Virus genome (UHGV): UHGV-0104313
Reading direction: 5' to 3' (one strand)
Source of the DNA: a virus
DNA: 64,000 nucleotides
The position numbers and the translations under genes were made by a program. Each line of letters starts with the position of its first letter. Within the stretch, counting starts at the first letter, position 1. The notes under the pieces are model-generated. The model was not told the origin of the DNA and made no database searches. It saw only the letters and a list, made by a program, of their open reading frames with translations. Positions 33,061 through 41,577 of the stretch are shown here, piece by piece.

Positions 33061-33849
33061 ATGCTGGAAAAAGACTACCAGTTATCCGCATATAAAAAAT
33101 TGGCCGCCGCCGGTGGGATGAAAACACCTGGTGCCATAACATCGGCACGAAACAGTGCTAACACAGCAAAACTGCTTGCAGAAGAATTGACCGGATTAAT
33201 TCTGGATACAATTGTCTATCCCGACACTATTACCAGCTATGTTTCAACGATCAGAACAACCGCAACCGGTTTAACGAATATTGGAGGGCTGGCAACTCAG
33301 CACGCGGACCTGTTGGCTGGTTATGCTGATCTGTCAATGCTCCTTCAACTCGATATTGGTTGGGATGTTTACTGTCGTGCTAATGAGCGAGAAGTTTCAG
33401 AACTGCCGATCTCTATTGCCATTGGTGACGCGACTACAACGAAATCGCTTGAGGACGCTGTAAATGCGCTTAATACGTCGAGTTTAGTCGCTGCTATGGG
33501 GGACATTAACCAGACCCTTAACACAGGCTCAGGAAGCTCGTCAGGCTCTGATTCAGGTGGCGGCGCAGTCACTCCACCACCAGCACTGACAGAACAACAA
33601 GTTGAAGCACTGAAGGAAGCAACTGAACAATTTGGTGCTTTTTTCGACCAGACAACAGTACCGGTAGCAGCATTGCAACAGCAGTATGAACGAGCGAAGG
33701 AAAGCGCCAGCGTAGCCATAACTGCTTATAACCATGCTATCGGTACCGCGCTTGCGGAAGCATCAGCAAATAAGGCCAGCACAGCCAGCGCAGTCGCCGC
33801 TTTGGTTCCTGATTCTGTTCTTGATGAATTAAACAAAGCGGCACAGTAA
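33061..33849 (+). CDS. hypothetical Ala/Ser/Thr-rich protein, ~262 aa
   Basis: ORF track trimmed to ATG with AGGAGA RBS. Confidence 0.45.
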   Translation: MLEKDYQLSAYKKLAAAGGMKTPGAITSARNSANTAKLLAEELTGLILDTIVYPDTITSYVSTIRTTATGLTNIGGLATQHADLLAGYADLSMLLQLDIGWDVYCRANEREVSELPISIAIGDATTTKSLEDAVNALNTSSLVAAMGDINQTLNTGSGSSSGSDSGGGAVTPPPALTEQQVEALKEATEQFGAFFDQTTVPVAALQQQYERAKESASVAITAYNHAIGTALAEASANKASTASAVAALVPDSVLDELNKAAQ

Positions 33850-33888
33850 CAAAGGACTTCATTGATAATTTTTCTTCAGGAGGAAGAC

Positions 33889-34311
33889 ATGTCATTCTTT
33901 TCTACGTTAAAAACAGCTTTGTCTTTGAAGGAGAAACTTGCTGCTACTGGTGTTCTTGTTCTGATTTGCGCACTTGTTGGTGCCGGGTTTGCATGGGAAC
34001 GTCATCAGCTAAAGCAAGCCATGGAGAAAATTGGCAGTCTTGATCAGGCTGTTAAGGAACGTGATAAGTCAATAATGGATCTTAACCAGGCCATTGAGAC
34101 GATGAACAAAGCAGAGCAACATTTTCACAGCCAGGAAGTGAAAAATGAATCAGAACAAGCCAAGTATGCTGACAGGCAAATGGAACGAAAAGCTGAAGTT
34201 CAGAAACAACTGGTTGCGGCGGGTAATGTTCGCCAGCGTATTCCTGCTGACACTCAGCGGTTGCTCCGGGAGTCGATCAGCGAATTTAACGCCGACGCCG
34301 ACAAAGGTTAA
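33889..34311 (+). CDS. Rz-like i-spanin candidate (N-terminal TM plus periplasmic coiled coil), ~140 aa
   Basis: LAATGVLVLICALVGAGFAW TM helix then charged coiled coil; AGGAGGAAGA RBS. Confidence 0.45.
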   Translation: MSFFSTLKTALSLKEKLAATGVLVLICALVGAGFAWERHQLKQAMEKIGSLDQAVKERDKSIMDLNQAIETMNKAEQHFHSQEVKNESEQAKYADRQMERKAEVQKQLVAAGNVRQRIPADTQRLLRESISEFNADADKG

Positions 34312-34477
34312 CCACCCTGCCCCAAAAAGTGCATTTATGTGCAGGATGCCAGAGTTTAGCAGTGAATATTTTGATGATCTGCCAGCGTATATCCTCGATA
34401 CAGAAACGATGCTGATGGGGATTAACAGGAAGAATCGCAACGTTAATGATTACAACCGCGCTATCAGCGGTAACTAA
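34166..34477 (+). CDS. Rz1-like o-spanin candidate (lipoprotein), embedded in +1 frame and extending past the Rz-like stop
   Basis: Lipobox LTLSGC after hydrophobic signal; Pro-containing mature region; start among three in-frame Met uncertain. Confidence 0.4.
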   Translation: MLTGKWNEKLKFRNNWLRRVMFASVFLLTLSGCSGSRSANLTPTPTKVNHPAPKSAFMCRMPEFSSEYFDDLPAYILDTETMLMGINRKNRNVNDYNRAISGN

Positions 34478-34488
34478 AAGGGATTTTT

Positions 34489-34881
34489 ATGTCTGATAAA
34501 GTAACAGTAAAGCAAACTATCAACAAAGCGACTTCAATCTACAAAATTGAGCACATCACTGTTGGCAAGCCAGGATCTGAACAATACCGTCATGCTTTCG
34601 AGCTTGCCGATCAGCTTGGTTTAAAACACCCGGATTGCATCGAGCATGTATTTCCGACCTATGCTGATGAGCAATGTACTCATGTTCTTACCGAAGAGGA
34701 TTTTTTCAGCACTGAAGAACGAGAAGGCGTTGATCGCTGCATTGGTGTGATTTGTTCTTCGGTAAGTGATGAGTTATTCCCTAATGTGCCTGAATATGGT
34801 GGTATTGGATACCAATTCCTGTACGAAGGCGATGAGCTTAAATGTTATGAACATGGTCTTCTTATCGAAAGCGTAGAATAA
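34489..34881 (+). CDS. hypothetical protein, 130 aa
   Basis: ORF track; followed by terminator. Confidence 0.5.
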   Translation: MSDKVTVKQTINKATSIYKIEHITVGKPGSEQYRHAFELADQLGLKHPDCIEHVFPTYADEQCTHVLTEEDFFSTEEREGVDRCIGVICSSVSDELFPNVPEYGGIGYQFLYEGDELKCYEHGLLIESVE

Positions 34882-34894
34882 TACCCTTCCTTCC

Positions 34895-34920
34895 AACCGG
34901 CTATGTTGGCCGGTTTATTC
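34895..34920 (+). terminator. Rho-independent terminator (CCGGCTATGTTGGCCGG TTTATTC)
   Basis: Stem-loop plus T-rich tail after the stop at 34881. Confidence 0.5.
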
Positions 34921-34923
34921 AAC

Positions 34924-35138
34924 TTATCCACAGCATAGATCCAATAAACAGATCCCAAAGAGAACCTAGGAAGATCCAAAGAAGATCCCGGATCGCTGTA
35001 AGCCGCGCCGTTCATGGCCTGAAACGGGATCAACATTGACTATACGCGATTTTATGTTGACTGTGTGCGATTTTATGTTGACTGCACGCGATTTATTGTT
35101 GACTATACGCGACAGAAACGTTGACTGTACGCGATTTT
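34924..35138. other. plasmid replication origin (oriR-like): DnaA box, five GATC sites, five direct iterons
   Basis: TTATCCACA at ~34924; GATC at ~34938, 34951, 34973, 34984, 34991; five ~19-bp TTGACT(A/G)T(A/G)CGCGATTTT repeats at ~35036-35138. Confidence 0.7.
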
Positions 35139-35215
35139 AGAGCCTGAATATTCACAGCTGTTGATAACAGTCATCTAAATTAACGCCAGGCCGCGCCACA
35201 CATGGAGAAACCACG

Positions 35216-36100
35216 ATGCCGGAAGAAAGTAAAGGCTTCCTTAGCGTTGAAGAAGTTGCAGGAAATACAGGAGAAATCCACAGCCTGAAGCCCAATAACA
35301 ACAGCACTATACAACCCATAGCTTTGTTGCGCTTAGGTGTGTTTGTGCCAACCTTAAAATCTACCAATGTGGCGCTACGTCGCGGATCGTCAGTTACAAC
35401 AAACACAACGAACGCAACCGAAGAACTATCAAGCCTCAAAATTGTTGAGCAGGAAGGCTATGAGGGAATTGAAATTCATGGTCCACGCCTGGATATGGAT
35501 ACTGATTTTAAGGTGTGGGTGGGCATAACCTCCGCGTTGTTTGACTATGCTCCTGATGATGACGGCATAATCACCCTGCCATTCTCCGAGTTTGCCGATC
35601 GATGCGGCTATCCACGTAAGCGCCTTTCAAAGGCGTTCCGTAAAAGTATTGATGACTCTCTGACACGCATTCAGCAGACAGTTGTCAAATTCCGCTTCCC
35701 GGCGGCAAAAGGTCATCTCAATAACATTAACGTCAACTTGTTGGCATATAGCAGCCTGAATACCGAGCTTGATGTTATCGAGATCCAGCCGCAAAAACAG
35801 CTATCTGAACTTTACTATGTTGACTATAAGCGAATCCTGAAGCTGAAGATGCTGGATAAGCTCGGGCGCAAAGAGACGGCCAAGGTGCTGTATACATTCT
35901 TTGAGGCTCTACCCGCCAACCCGGCACCTGTCAGCATTGAGCGCCTTAGAGCAAGGCTTAATCTCAAATCATCCGTTAGCGTGCAAAATAGCGTTATCAG
36001 AAAAGCCATGAAAGATTTGGAAGCTATTGAATATCTTAAATTTTCAGAGATAAAAAACGGCAGAAAAATCGGCTTCCAGATCCATAAGCGCAATCCATAA
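35216..36100 (+). CDS. repA: plasmid replication initiator RepA, 294 aa
   Basis: LRLGVFVP..., GPRLDMDTDFKVW..., YTFFEALPANP...RLRARLNL match the P1 RepA pattern; flanked by iteron arrays. Confidence 0.8.
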   Translation: MPEESKGFLSVEEVAGNTGEIHSLKPNNNSTIQPIALLRLGVFVPTLKSTNVALRRGSSVTTNTTNATEELSSLKIVEQEGYEGIEIHGPRLDMDTDFKVWVGITSALFDYAPDDDGIITLPFSEFADRCGYPRKRLSKAFRKSIDDSLTRIQQTVVKFRFPAAKGHLNNINVNLLAYSSLNTELDVIEIQPQKQLSELYYVDYKRILKLKMLDKLGRKETAKVLYTFFEALPANPAPVSIERLRARLNLKSSVSVQNSVIRKAMKDLEAIEYLKFSEIKNGRKIGFQIHKRNP

Positions 36101-36104
36101 TATT

Positions 36105-36370
36105 GACTATATGCGATAGCGAGAAGTTGACTATAGGCGACATTCGTTGACGCTGGTGGATTTTTGCTGGCGTCAATATTCTGCAAGTCGCTATTGAGAT
36201 GGCTTTTAGGGTCATTTCATCGCGTATAGTCAACGTTTCTCCCGACAATATCTTACATAGTCGATCTTTGGTGGAGTTAAATCGACTACAGTCAACTTTT
36301 GACTGTAGTCACATCGCGCATAGTCAACTATTCACATTAACCTTCGCGCATAGTCAACATTTGCGCGGTT
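36105..36370. repeat. incA-like iteron array (about 8-9 copies of the CGCATAGTCAA-type repeat in both orientations)
   Basis: Repeated (G)TTGACTATA(G/C)GCG / CGCGTATAGTCAAC units directly after the repA stop. Confidence 0.6.
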
Positions 36371-36392
36371 CTCATCAAGCAGTGGTATTGAT

Positions 36393-37202
36393 ATGCAAGA
36401 AGAGAAACAACACTACCTCTACGTTCTGGTGCCAGAGAACGGAGATACTTTTAAAATCGGCATTTCATGTGGTCCATTGGCACGGTTTAAAGGGCTACAA
36501 GTGAGTCCCGATTTTGCGCTTTCACGGGTCTATCGTGGTACACGTTTGGCAATGGTTAATCTTGAGCGGGCTTTACACGCAACCTTTTTCCCCTGGAATG
36601 CGCCGTGGGGGAAAAGCGTCGGTGGCGGGCATACTGAATGGTTTACACGAGAGTGTCTTGATAAGGTTTTGGCTCATATCGAATATCTAAATGATATGTG
36701 GGGAGGGATTCTCGAGCGCATTAAGTCGAATGATTTACTTCAGCGTCCAGTAGATGCTGCTTGCTCTTTCGAAAAAGAGCTGGATGTTACTTCTATCGTG
36801 ACTTTCAAAGATGACGCAGGAATGAGGGACGTGGCTTATGTCTCCATATCTGGCTATGAACCGGACGCGATCCGCGCTCAATGTGAATTGCTGAAAGCAA
36901 TGTTTATGCTTCGGACTAAATATCCCTGGGATACAGGGCGGGTGTGCTTCCCTATGGAAGAGTTAACCGCCACCATTGATTCCCAGCTTTACCACGATAA
37001 TCCAGAGAAGTTTTTTAGCCTTTTAGCCGGTAATGGGCTTAACTGTGTGTCCGGGCTGGGGCGAAGTAGAATCCAACATGCCTCGCTCTTCGGTCCCTTC
37101 TTTTACGATCGACACGGGTACTTTGAGGCTGAACTTCCGGCGCTTACGCGTGCTATAGATACTATCGATTTCGAACGATTATTCGCTGCTCTTAGCAAAT
37201 AA
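36393..37202 (+). CDS. T5orf172-like (GIY-YIG superfamily) domain protein, 269 aa
   Basis: N-terminal YLYVLVPENGDTFKIGIS and GGGHTEWF resemble the T5orf172 signature; own terminator downstream. Confidence 0.5.
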   Translation: MQEEKQHYLYVLVPENGDTFKIGISCGPLARFKGLQVSPDFALSRVYRGTRLAMVNLERALHATFFPWNAPWGKSVGGGHTEWFTRECLDKVLAHIEYLNDMWGGILERIKSNDLLQRPVDAACSFEKELDVTSIVTFKDDAGMRDVAYVSISGYEPDAIRAQCELLKAMFMLRTKYPWDTGRVCFPMEELTATIDSQLYHDNPEKFFSLLAGNGLNCVSGLGRSRIQHASLFGPFFYDRHGYFEAELPALTRAIDTIDFERLFAALSK

Positions 37203-37207
37203 CACTG

Positions 37208-37232
37208 ATGCCCCTGAACGGGGCTTTTTTGT
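37208..37232 (+). terminator. Rho-independent terminator (GCCCCTGAACGGGGC TTTTTT)
   Basis: Stem-loop plus T6 right after the stop at 37202. Confidence 0.55.
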
Positions 37233-37309
37233 GCCTTTCTTGTAACTCTCAATCGTGCAAAATGAACCAAACATGCAGAGAATGCTATGTACAAGCATCT
37301 ACGCATACA

Positions 37310-37360
37310 TTATTATTTTATGCAGCATTTTTAATTAAATTCAAAAATACAGCATAAAGG
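37310..37360. promoter_or_regulatory. par promoter/operator: large imperfect palindrome
   Basis: TTTATGCAGCATTTTTAAT/ATTCAAAAATACAGCATAAA inverted repeat ~15 bp upstream of parA. Confidence 0.45.
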
Positions 37361-37370
37361 ATGACTTTCG

Positions 37371-38567
37371 ATGAGTGATTCCAGCCAGCTTCACAAGGTT
37401 GCTCAAAGAGCAAACAGAATGCTCAATGTTCTGACTGAACAAGTACAGTTGCAAAAGGATGAGCTACACGCGAACGAGTTTTACCAGGTCTATGCGAAAG
37501 CGGCACTGGCAAAATTGCCTCTACTGACTCGAGCGAACGTTGACTATGCCGTAAGTGAAATGGAAGAAAAGGGTTATGTTTTCGATAAACGCCCTGCTGG
37601 CTCTTCAATGAAATATGCGATGTCAATTCAGAACATCATTGACATATATGAACATCGCGGAGTGCCAAAATACCGGGATCGCTACAGCGAAGCGTATGTG
37701 ATTTTCATCTCCAATCTTAAAGGCGGTGTGTCAAAAACTGTATCGACGGTTTCTCTGGCGCATGCAATGCGTGCTCATCCTCATCTTCTGATGGAAGATT
37801 TAAGGATTCTGGTTATTGACCTTGATCCGCAATCTTCAGCAACGATGTTTTTAAGCCATAAACACTCTATTGGTATCGTAAACGCAACATCTGCACAGGC
37901 TATGTTGCAGAATGTAAGCCGTGAAGAGCTGTTAGAGGAGTTTATTGTTCCTTCTGTTGTACCTGGGGTTGACGTTATGCCTGCGTCGATTGACGATGCC
38001 TTTATTGCATCCGATTGGAGAGAGCTGTGCAATGAGCATCTACCGGGTCAGAACATCCATGCAGTCCTGAAAGAAAATGTGATTGATAAGCTGAAGAGCG
38101 ATTATGACTTTATCCTCGTTGATAGTGGTCCTCACCTTGACGCCTTCCTGAAAAATGCTTTGGCCTCGGCCAATATACTGTTTACACCTCTGCCGCCTGC
38201 AACGGTTGATTTCCACTCATCGCTTAAATACGTTGCCCGCCTTCCTGAGTTGGTGAAACTCATTTCGGATGAAGGCTGCGAGTGTCAGCTTGCAACTAAC
38301 ATTGGTTTTATGTCCAAGTTGAGTAACAAGGCAGACCATAAGTATTGCCATAGCCTGGCTAAAGAAGTGTTCGGTGGGGATATGCTTGATGTCGTCCTCC
38401 CTCGCCTTGACGGTTTTGAACGCTGCGGCGAGTCTTTTGACACTGTTATTTCAGCTAACCCGGCAACGTATGTTGGTAGTGCTGATGCATTGAAGAACGC
38501 GCGAATTGCCGCGGAAGATTTTGCTAAAGCAGTTTTTGACCGTATTGAATTTATCAGATCTAACTGA
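37371..38567 (+). CDS. parA: partition ATPase ParA, 398 aa
   Basis: N-terminus MSDSSQLHKVAQRANRMLNVLTEQ recognised as P1 ParA; deviant Walker A KGGVSKT. Confidence 0.9.
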   Translation: MSDSSQLHKVAQRANRMLNVLTEQVQLQKDELHANEFYQVYAKAALAKLPLLTRANVDYAVSEMEEKGYVFDKRPAGSSMKYAMSIQNIIDIYEHRGVPKYRDRYSEAYVIFISNLKGGVSKTVSTVSLAHAMRAHPHLLMEDLRILVIDLDPQSSATMFLSHKHSIGIVNATSAQAMLQNVSREELLEEFIVPSVVPGVDVMPASIDDAFIASDWRELCNEHLPGQNIHAVLKENVIDKLKSDYDFILVDSGPHLDAFLKNALASANILFTPLPPATVDFHSSLKYVARLPELVKLISDEGCECQLATNIGFMSKLSNKADHKYCHSLAKEVFGGDMLDVVLPRLDGFERCGESFDTVISANPATYVGSADALKNARIAAEDFAKAVFDRIEFIRSN

Positions 38568-38583
38568 GGAGTAAGAAACCCCC

Positions 38584-39585
38584 ATGTCAAAGAAAAACAG
38601 ACCAACAATTGGGCGAACCCTTAATCCTTCAATATTAAGCGGATTTGATAGTTCTTCAGCCTCTGGCGATCGAGTCGAGCAGGTATTCAAGTTATCAACT
38701 GGTCGCCAGGCCACATTTATTGAAGAGGTAATACCTCCGAACCAGGTAGAAAGCGATACCTTTGTTGATCAGCATAACAACGGGCGTGACCAGGCATCTC
38801 TTACGCCAAAATCATTAAAAAGTATCCGAAGCACTATTAAGCATCAGCAATTTTACCCTGCAATAGGTGTTAGACGGGCTACAGGGAAAATTGAAATTTT
38901 GGATGGTTCCCGGCGTCGAGCTTCTGCCATCTTAGAGAACGTAGGGTTGCGGGTTTTAGTCACGGACCAGGAGATCAGCGTTCAGGAAGCGCAAAATTTA
39001 GCGAAAGACGTTCAGACAGCATTGCAGCACAGCATTCGAGAAATAGGTCTGCGTTTGATGCGAATGAAAAATGATGGGATGAGTCAGAAGGATATTGCAG
39101 CCAAAGAAGGGCTGTCTCAGGCGAAGGTCACGCGTGCTCTCCAGGCAGCGAGTGCTCCGGAAGAATTAGTCGCCCTTTTCCCTGTTCAGTCGGAATTAAC
39201 CTTTTCGGACTACAAAACGCTTTGTGCTGTTGGCGACGAAATGGGGAACAAGAATTTAGAGTTTGATCAGCTTATTCAAAACATATCCCCGGAAATAAAC
39301 GACATCTTATCCATTGAAGAAATGGCCGAAGATGAAGTTAAAAATAAAATCCTGCGCTTGATAACAAAGGAAGCCTCACTACTCACGGATAAAGGTTCTA
39401 AAGATAAGTCCGTAGTTACTGAATTATGGAAATTTGAGGACAAGGATCGCTTTGCAAGGAAGCGCGTGAAAGGCCGTGCATTTTCTTATGAGTTTAATCG
39501 ACTTTCAAAAGAGCTACAGGAAGAACTCGACAGGATGATTGGGCATATCCTTAGAAAGAGCCTCGATAAAAAGCCGAAGCCTTAA
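38584..39585 (+). CDS. parB: partition protein ParB, 333 aa
   Basis: N-terminus MSKKNRPTIGRTLNPSILSGFDSS recognised as P1 ParB; directly downstream of parA. Confidence 0.9.
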   Translation: MSKKNRPTIGRTLNPSILSGFDSSSASGDRVEQVFKLSTGRQATFIEEVIPPNQVESDTFVDQHNNGRDQASLTPKSLKSIRSTIKHQQFYPAIGVRRATGKIEILDGSRRRASAILENVGLRVLVTDQEISVQEAQNLAKDVQTALQHSIREIGLRLMRMKNDGMSQKDIAAKEGLSQAKVTRALQAASAPEELVALFPVQSELTFSDYKTLCAVGDEMGNKNLEFDQLIQNISPEINDILSIEEMAEDEVKNKILRLITKEASLLTDKGSKDKSVVTELWKFEDKDRFARKRVKGRAFSYEFNRLSKELQEELDRMIGHILRKSLDKKPKP

Positions 39586-39589
39586 ACTT

Positions 39590-39672
39590 TCGCCATTCAA
39601 ATTTCACTATTAACCAACTGTTTTTAAAGTAAATCCATCTAAAATTTCAAGGTGAAATCGCCACGATTTCAC
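39590..39672. other. parS centromere (heptamer ATTTCAC and hexamer TCGCCA boxes around an AT-rich bend site)
   Basis: TCGCCA..ATTTCAC..AT-rich..GTGAAATCGCCACGATTTCAC immediately after parB. Confidence 0.7.
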
Positions 39673-39730
39673 CTTGGATTTTACCTTCCTCCCCTACTCC
39701 CGAAAAAAATAAAAAAATTGCTTGTCACGA

Positions 39731-39760
39731 GAAAGTCAACAAGTGACTTTCAATAAAATC
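39731..39760 (+). promoter_or_regulatory. candidate late promoter: 8-bp inverted repeat GAAAGTCA-N5-TGACTTTC followed by ATAAAA
   Basis: Perfect inverted repeat centred ~20 bp before a -10-like hexamer, upstream of the head gene; related half-site upstream of pacA (~2466). Confidence 0.35.
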
Positions 39761-39789
39761 TCTTCCGAAAAGGGATTCACACAAGTGCC

Positions 39790-41517
39790 TTGTGTTTAAG
39801 GAAGAGTAAATTGAGTAACTTACGCGAATACCAGAATCGTATTGCAGATATCGCAAAACGCTCTAAAGCTGTGCTTGGCTGGGCAAGCACTGCGCAGTTC
39901 GGTACTGATAACCAATTCATTAAAGATGATGCCGCGCGTGCCGCATCTATCCTTGAAGCTGCACGTAAAGACCCGGTTTTTGCGGGTATCTCTGATAATG
40001 CCACCGCTCAAATCGCTACAGCGTGGGCAAGTGCACTGGCTGACTACGCCGCAGCACATAAATCTATGCCGCGTCCGGAAATTCTGGCCTCCTGCCACCA
40101 GACGCTGGAAAACTGCCTGATTGAGTCCACCCGCAATAGCATGGATGCCACTAATAAAGCGATGCTGGAATCCGTCGCAGCAGAGATGATGAGCGTTTCT
40201 GACGGTGTTATGCGTCTGCCTTTATTCCTCGCGATGATCCTGCCTGTTCAGTTGGGGGCAGCTACCGCTGATGCGTGTACCTTCATTCCGGTTACGCGTG
40301 ACCAGTCCGACATCTATGAAGTCTTTAACGTGGCAGGTTCCTCTTTTGGTTCTTATGCTGCTGGTGATGTTCTGGACATGCAATCCGTCGGTGTGTACAG
40401 CCAGTTACGTCGCCGCTATGTGCTGGTGGCAAGCTCCGATGGCACCAGCAAAACCGCAACCTTCAAGATGGAAGACTTCGAAGGCCAGAATGTACCAATC
40501 CGAAAAGGTCGCACTAACATCTACGTTAACCGTATTAAGTCTGTTGTTGATAACGGTTCCGGCAGCCTACTTCACTCGTTTACTAATGCTGCTGGTGAGC
40601 AAATCACTGTTACCTGCTCTCTGAACTACAACATTGGTCAGATTGCCCTGTCGTTCTCCAAAGCGCCGGATAAAGGCACTGAGATCGCAATTGAGACGGA
40701 AATCAATATTGAAGCCGCTCCTGAGCTGATCCCGCTGATCAACCACGAAATGAAGAAATACACCCTGTTCCCAAGTCAGTTCGTTATCGCGGCTGAGCAC
40801 ACGGTACAGGCGGCGTATGAAGCACAGCGTGAATTTGGTCTGGACCTGGGTTCCCTACAGTTCCGCACCCTGAAGGAATACCTGTCTCATGAACAGGATA
40901 TGCTGCGTCTTCGCATCATGATCTGGCGTACTCTTGCGACCGACACCTTTGACATCGCTCTGCCGGTTAACCAGTCCTTTGATGTATGGGCAACCATCAT
41001 TCGTGGCAAATTCCAGACTGTATATCGCGACATTATTGAGCGCGTTAAATCTTCTGGTGCGATGGGGATGTTTGCTGGTGCTGATGCAGCATCTTTCTTC
41101 AAACAGTTGCCGAAGGATTTCTTCCAGCCAGCCGAAGACTATATCCAGACTCCGTATGTTCACTACATCGGTACCCTGTTCGGTAACGTGAAAGTGTACG
41201 AAGTACCTGCTGGTATTTGTAAGAACTTAACGACAGAGAACATTCAGTTCAGCTCGATGGATGTGCTGTGCTACGTCCGTGATGAAAATCCGGGTAAAGC
41301 AGGCTTCGTGACTGGTGATGCTGTCCCGGCTATCCCGTTCCAGCATCCGACCACTCCGGCGCTGGTCAACCGTACCACACTGTGGGGTTCGGCTATCAAC
41401 GATATGCACCCACGCAACGGCGCTGATTACTTCACTCGTGTAACGCTGACAATGGCCAAAAAAGGCGGGCTTAACTTCATTAGCGGCGACACGATTGATG
41501 CCGGTGACTCTGAGTAA
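39790..41517 (+). CDS. putative major head protein (by size and position next to parS), ~570 aa
   Basis: ORF track; non-ATG start (TTG at 39790 or ~39811 after an AAGGAAG RBS); assigned by synteny. Confidence 0.5.
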   Translation: MCLRKSKLSNLREYQNRIADIAKRSKAVLGWASTAQFGTDNQFIKDDAARAASILEAARKDPVFAGISDNATAQIATAWASALADYAAAHKSMPRPEILASCHQTLENCLIESTRNSMDATNKAMLESVAAEMMSVSDGVMRLPLFLAMILPVQLGAATADACTFIPVTRDQSDIYEVFNVAGSSFGSYAAGDVLDMQSVGVYSQLRRRYVLVASSDGTSKTATFKMEDFEGQNVPIRKGRTNIYVNRIKSVVDNGSGSLLHSFTNAAGEQITVTCSLNYNIGQIALSFSKAPDKGTEIAIETEINIEAAPELIPLINHEMKKYTLFPSQFVIAAEHTVQAAYEAQREFGLDLGSLQFRTLKEYLSHEQDMLRLRIMIWRTLATDTFDIALPVNQSFDVWATIIRGKFQTVYRDIIERVKSSGAMGMFAGADAASFFKQLPKDFFQPAEDYIQTPYVHYIGTLFGNVKVYEVPAGICKNLTTENIQFSSMDVLCYVRDENPGKAGFVTGDAVPAIPFQHPTTPALVNRTTLWGSAINDMHPRNGADYFTRVTLTMAKKGGLNFISGDTIDAGDSE

Positions 41518-41577
41518 TCAGGGGAAGTTCTCCGTTTAACATAGCGCCCCCGTGCGGGGCGCATAACAGGGAAAGTT

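Noticed and set aside
35036-36370. CRISPR-like or satellite repeats
   Set aside because: These are iterons of a plasmid replicon: they flank a rep gene, sit next to a DnaA box and GATC cluster, and occur in both orientations.
41544-41562. GC hairpin GCGCCCCCGTGCGGGGCGC as an intrinsic terminator between head and next structural gene
   Set aside because: No T-run follows; more likely an RNA structure or weak attenuator.
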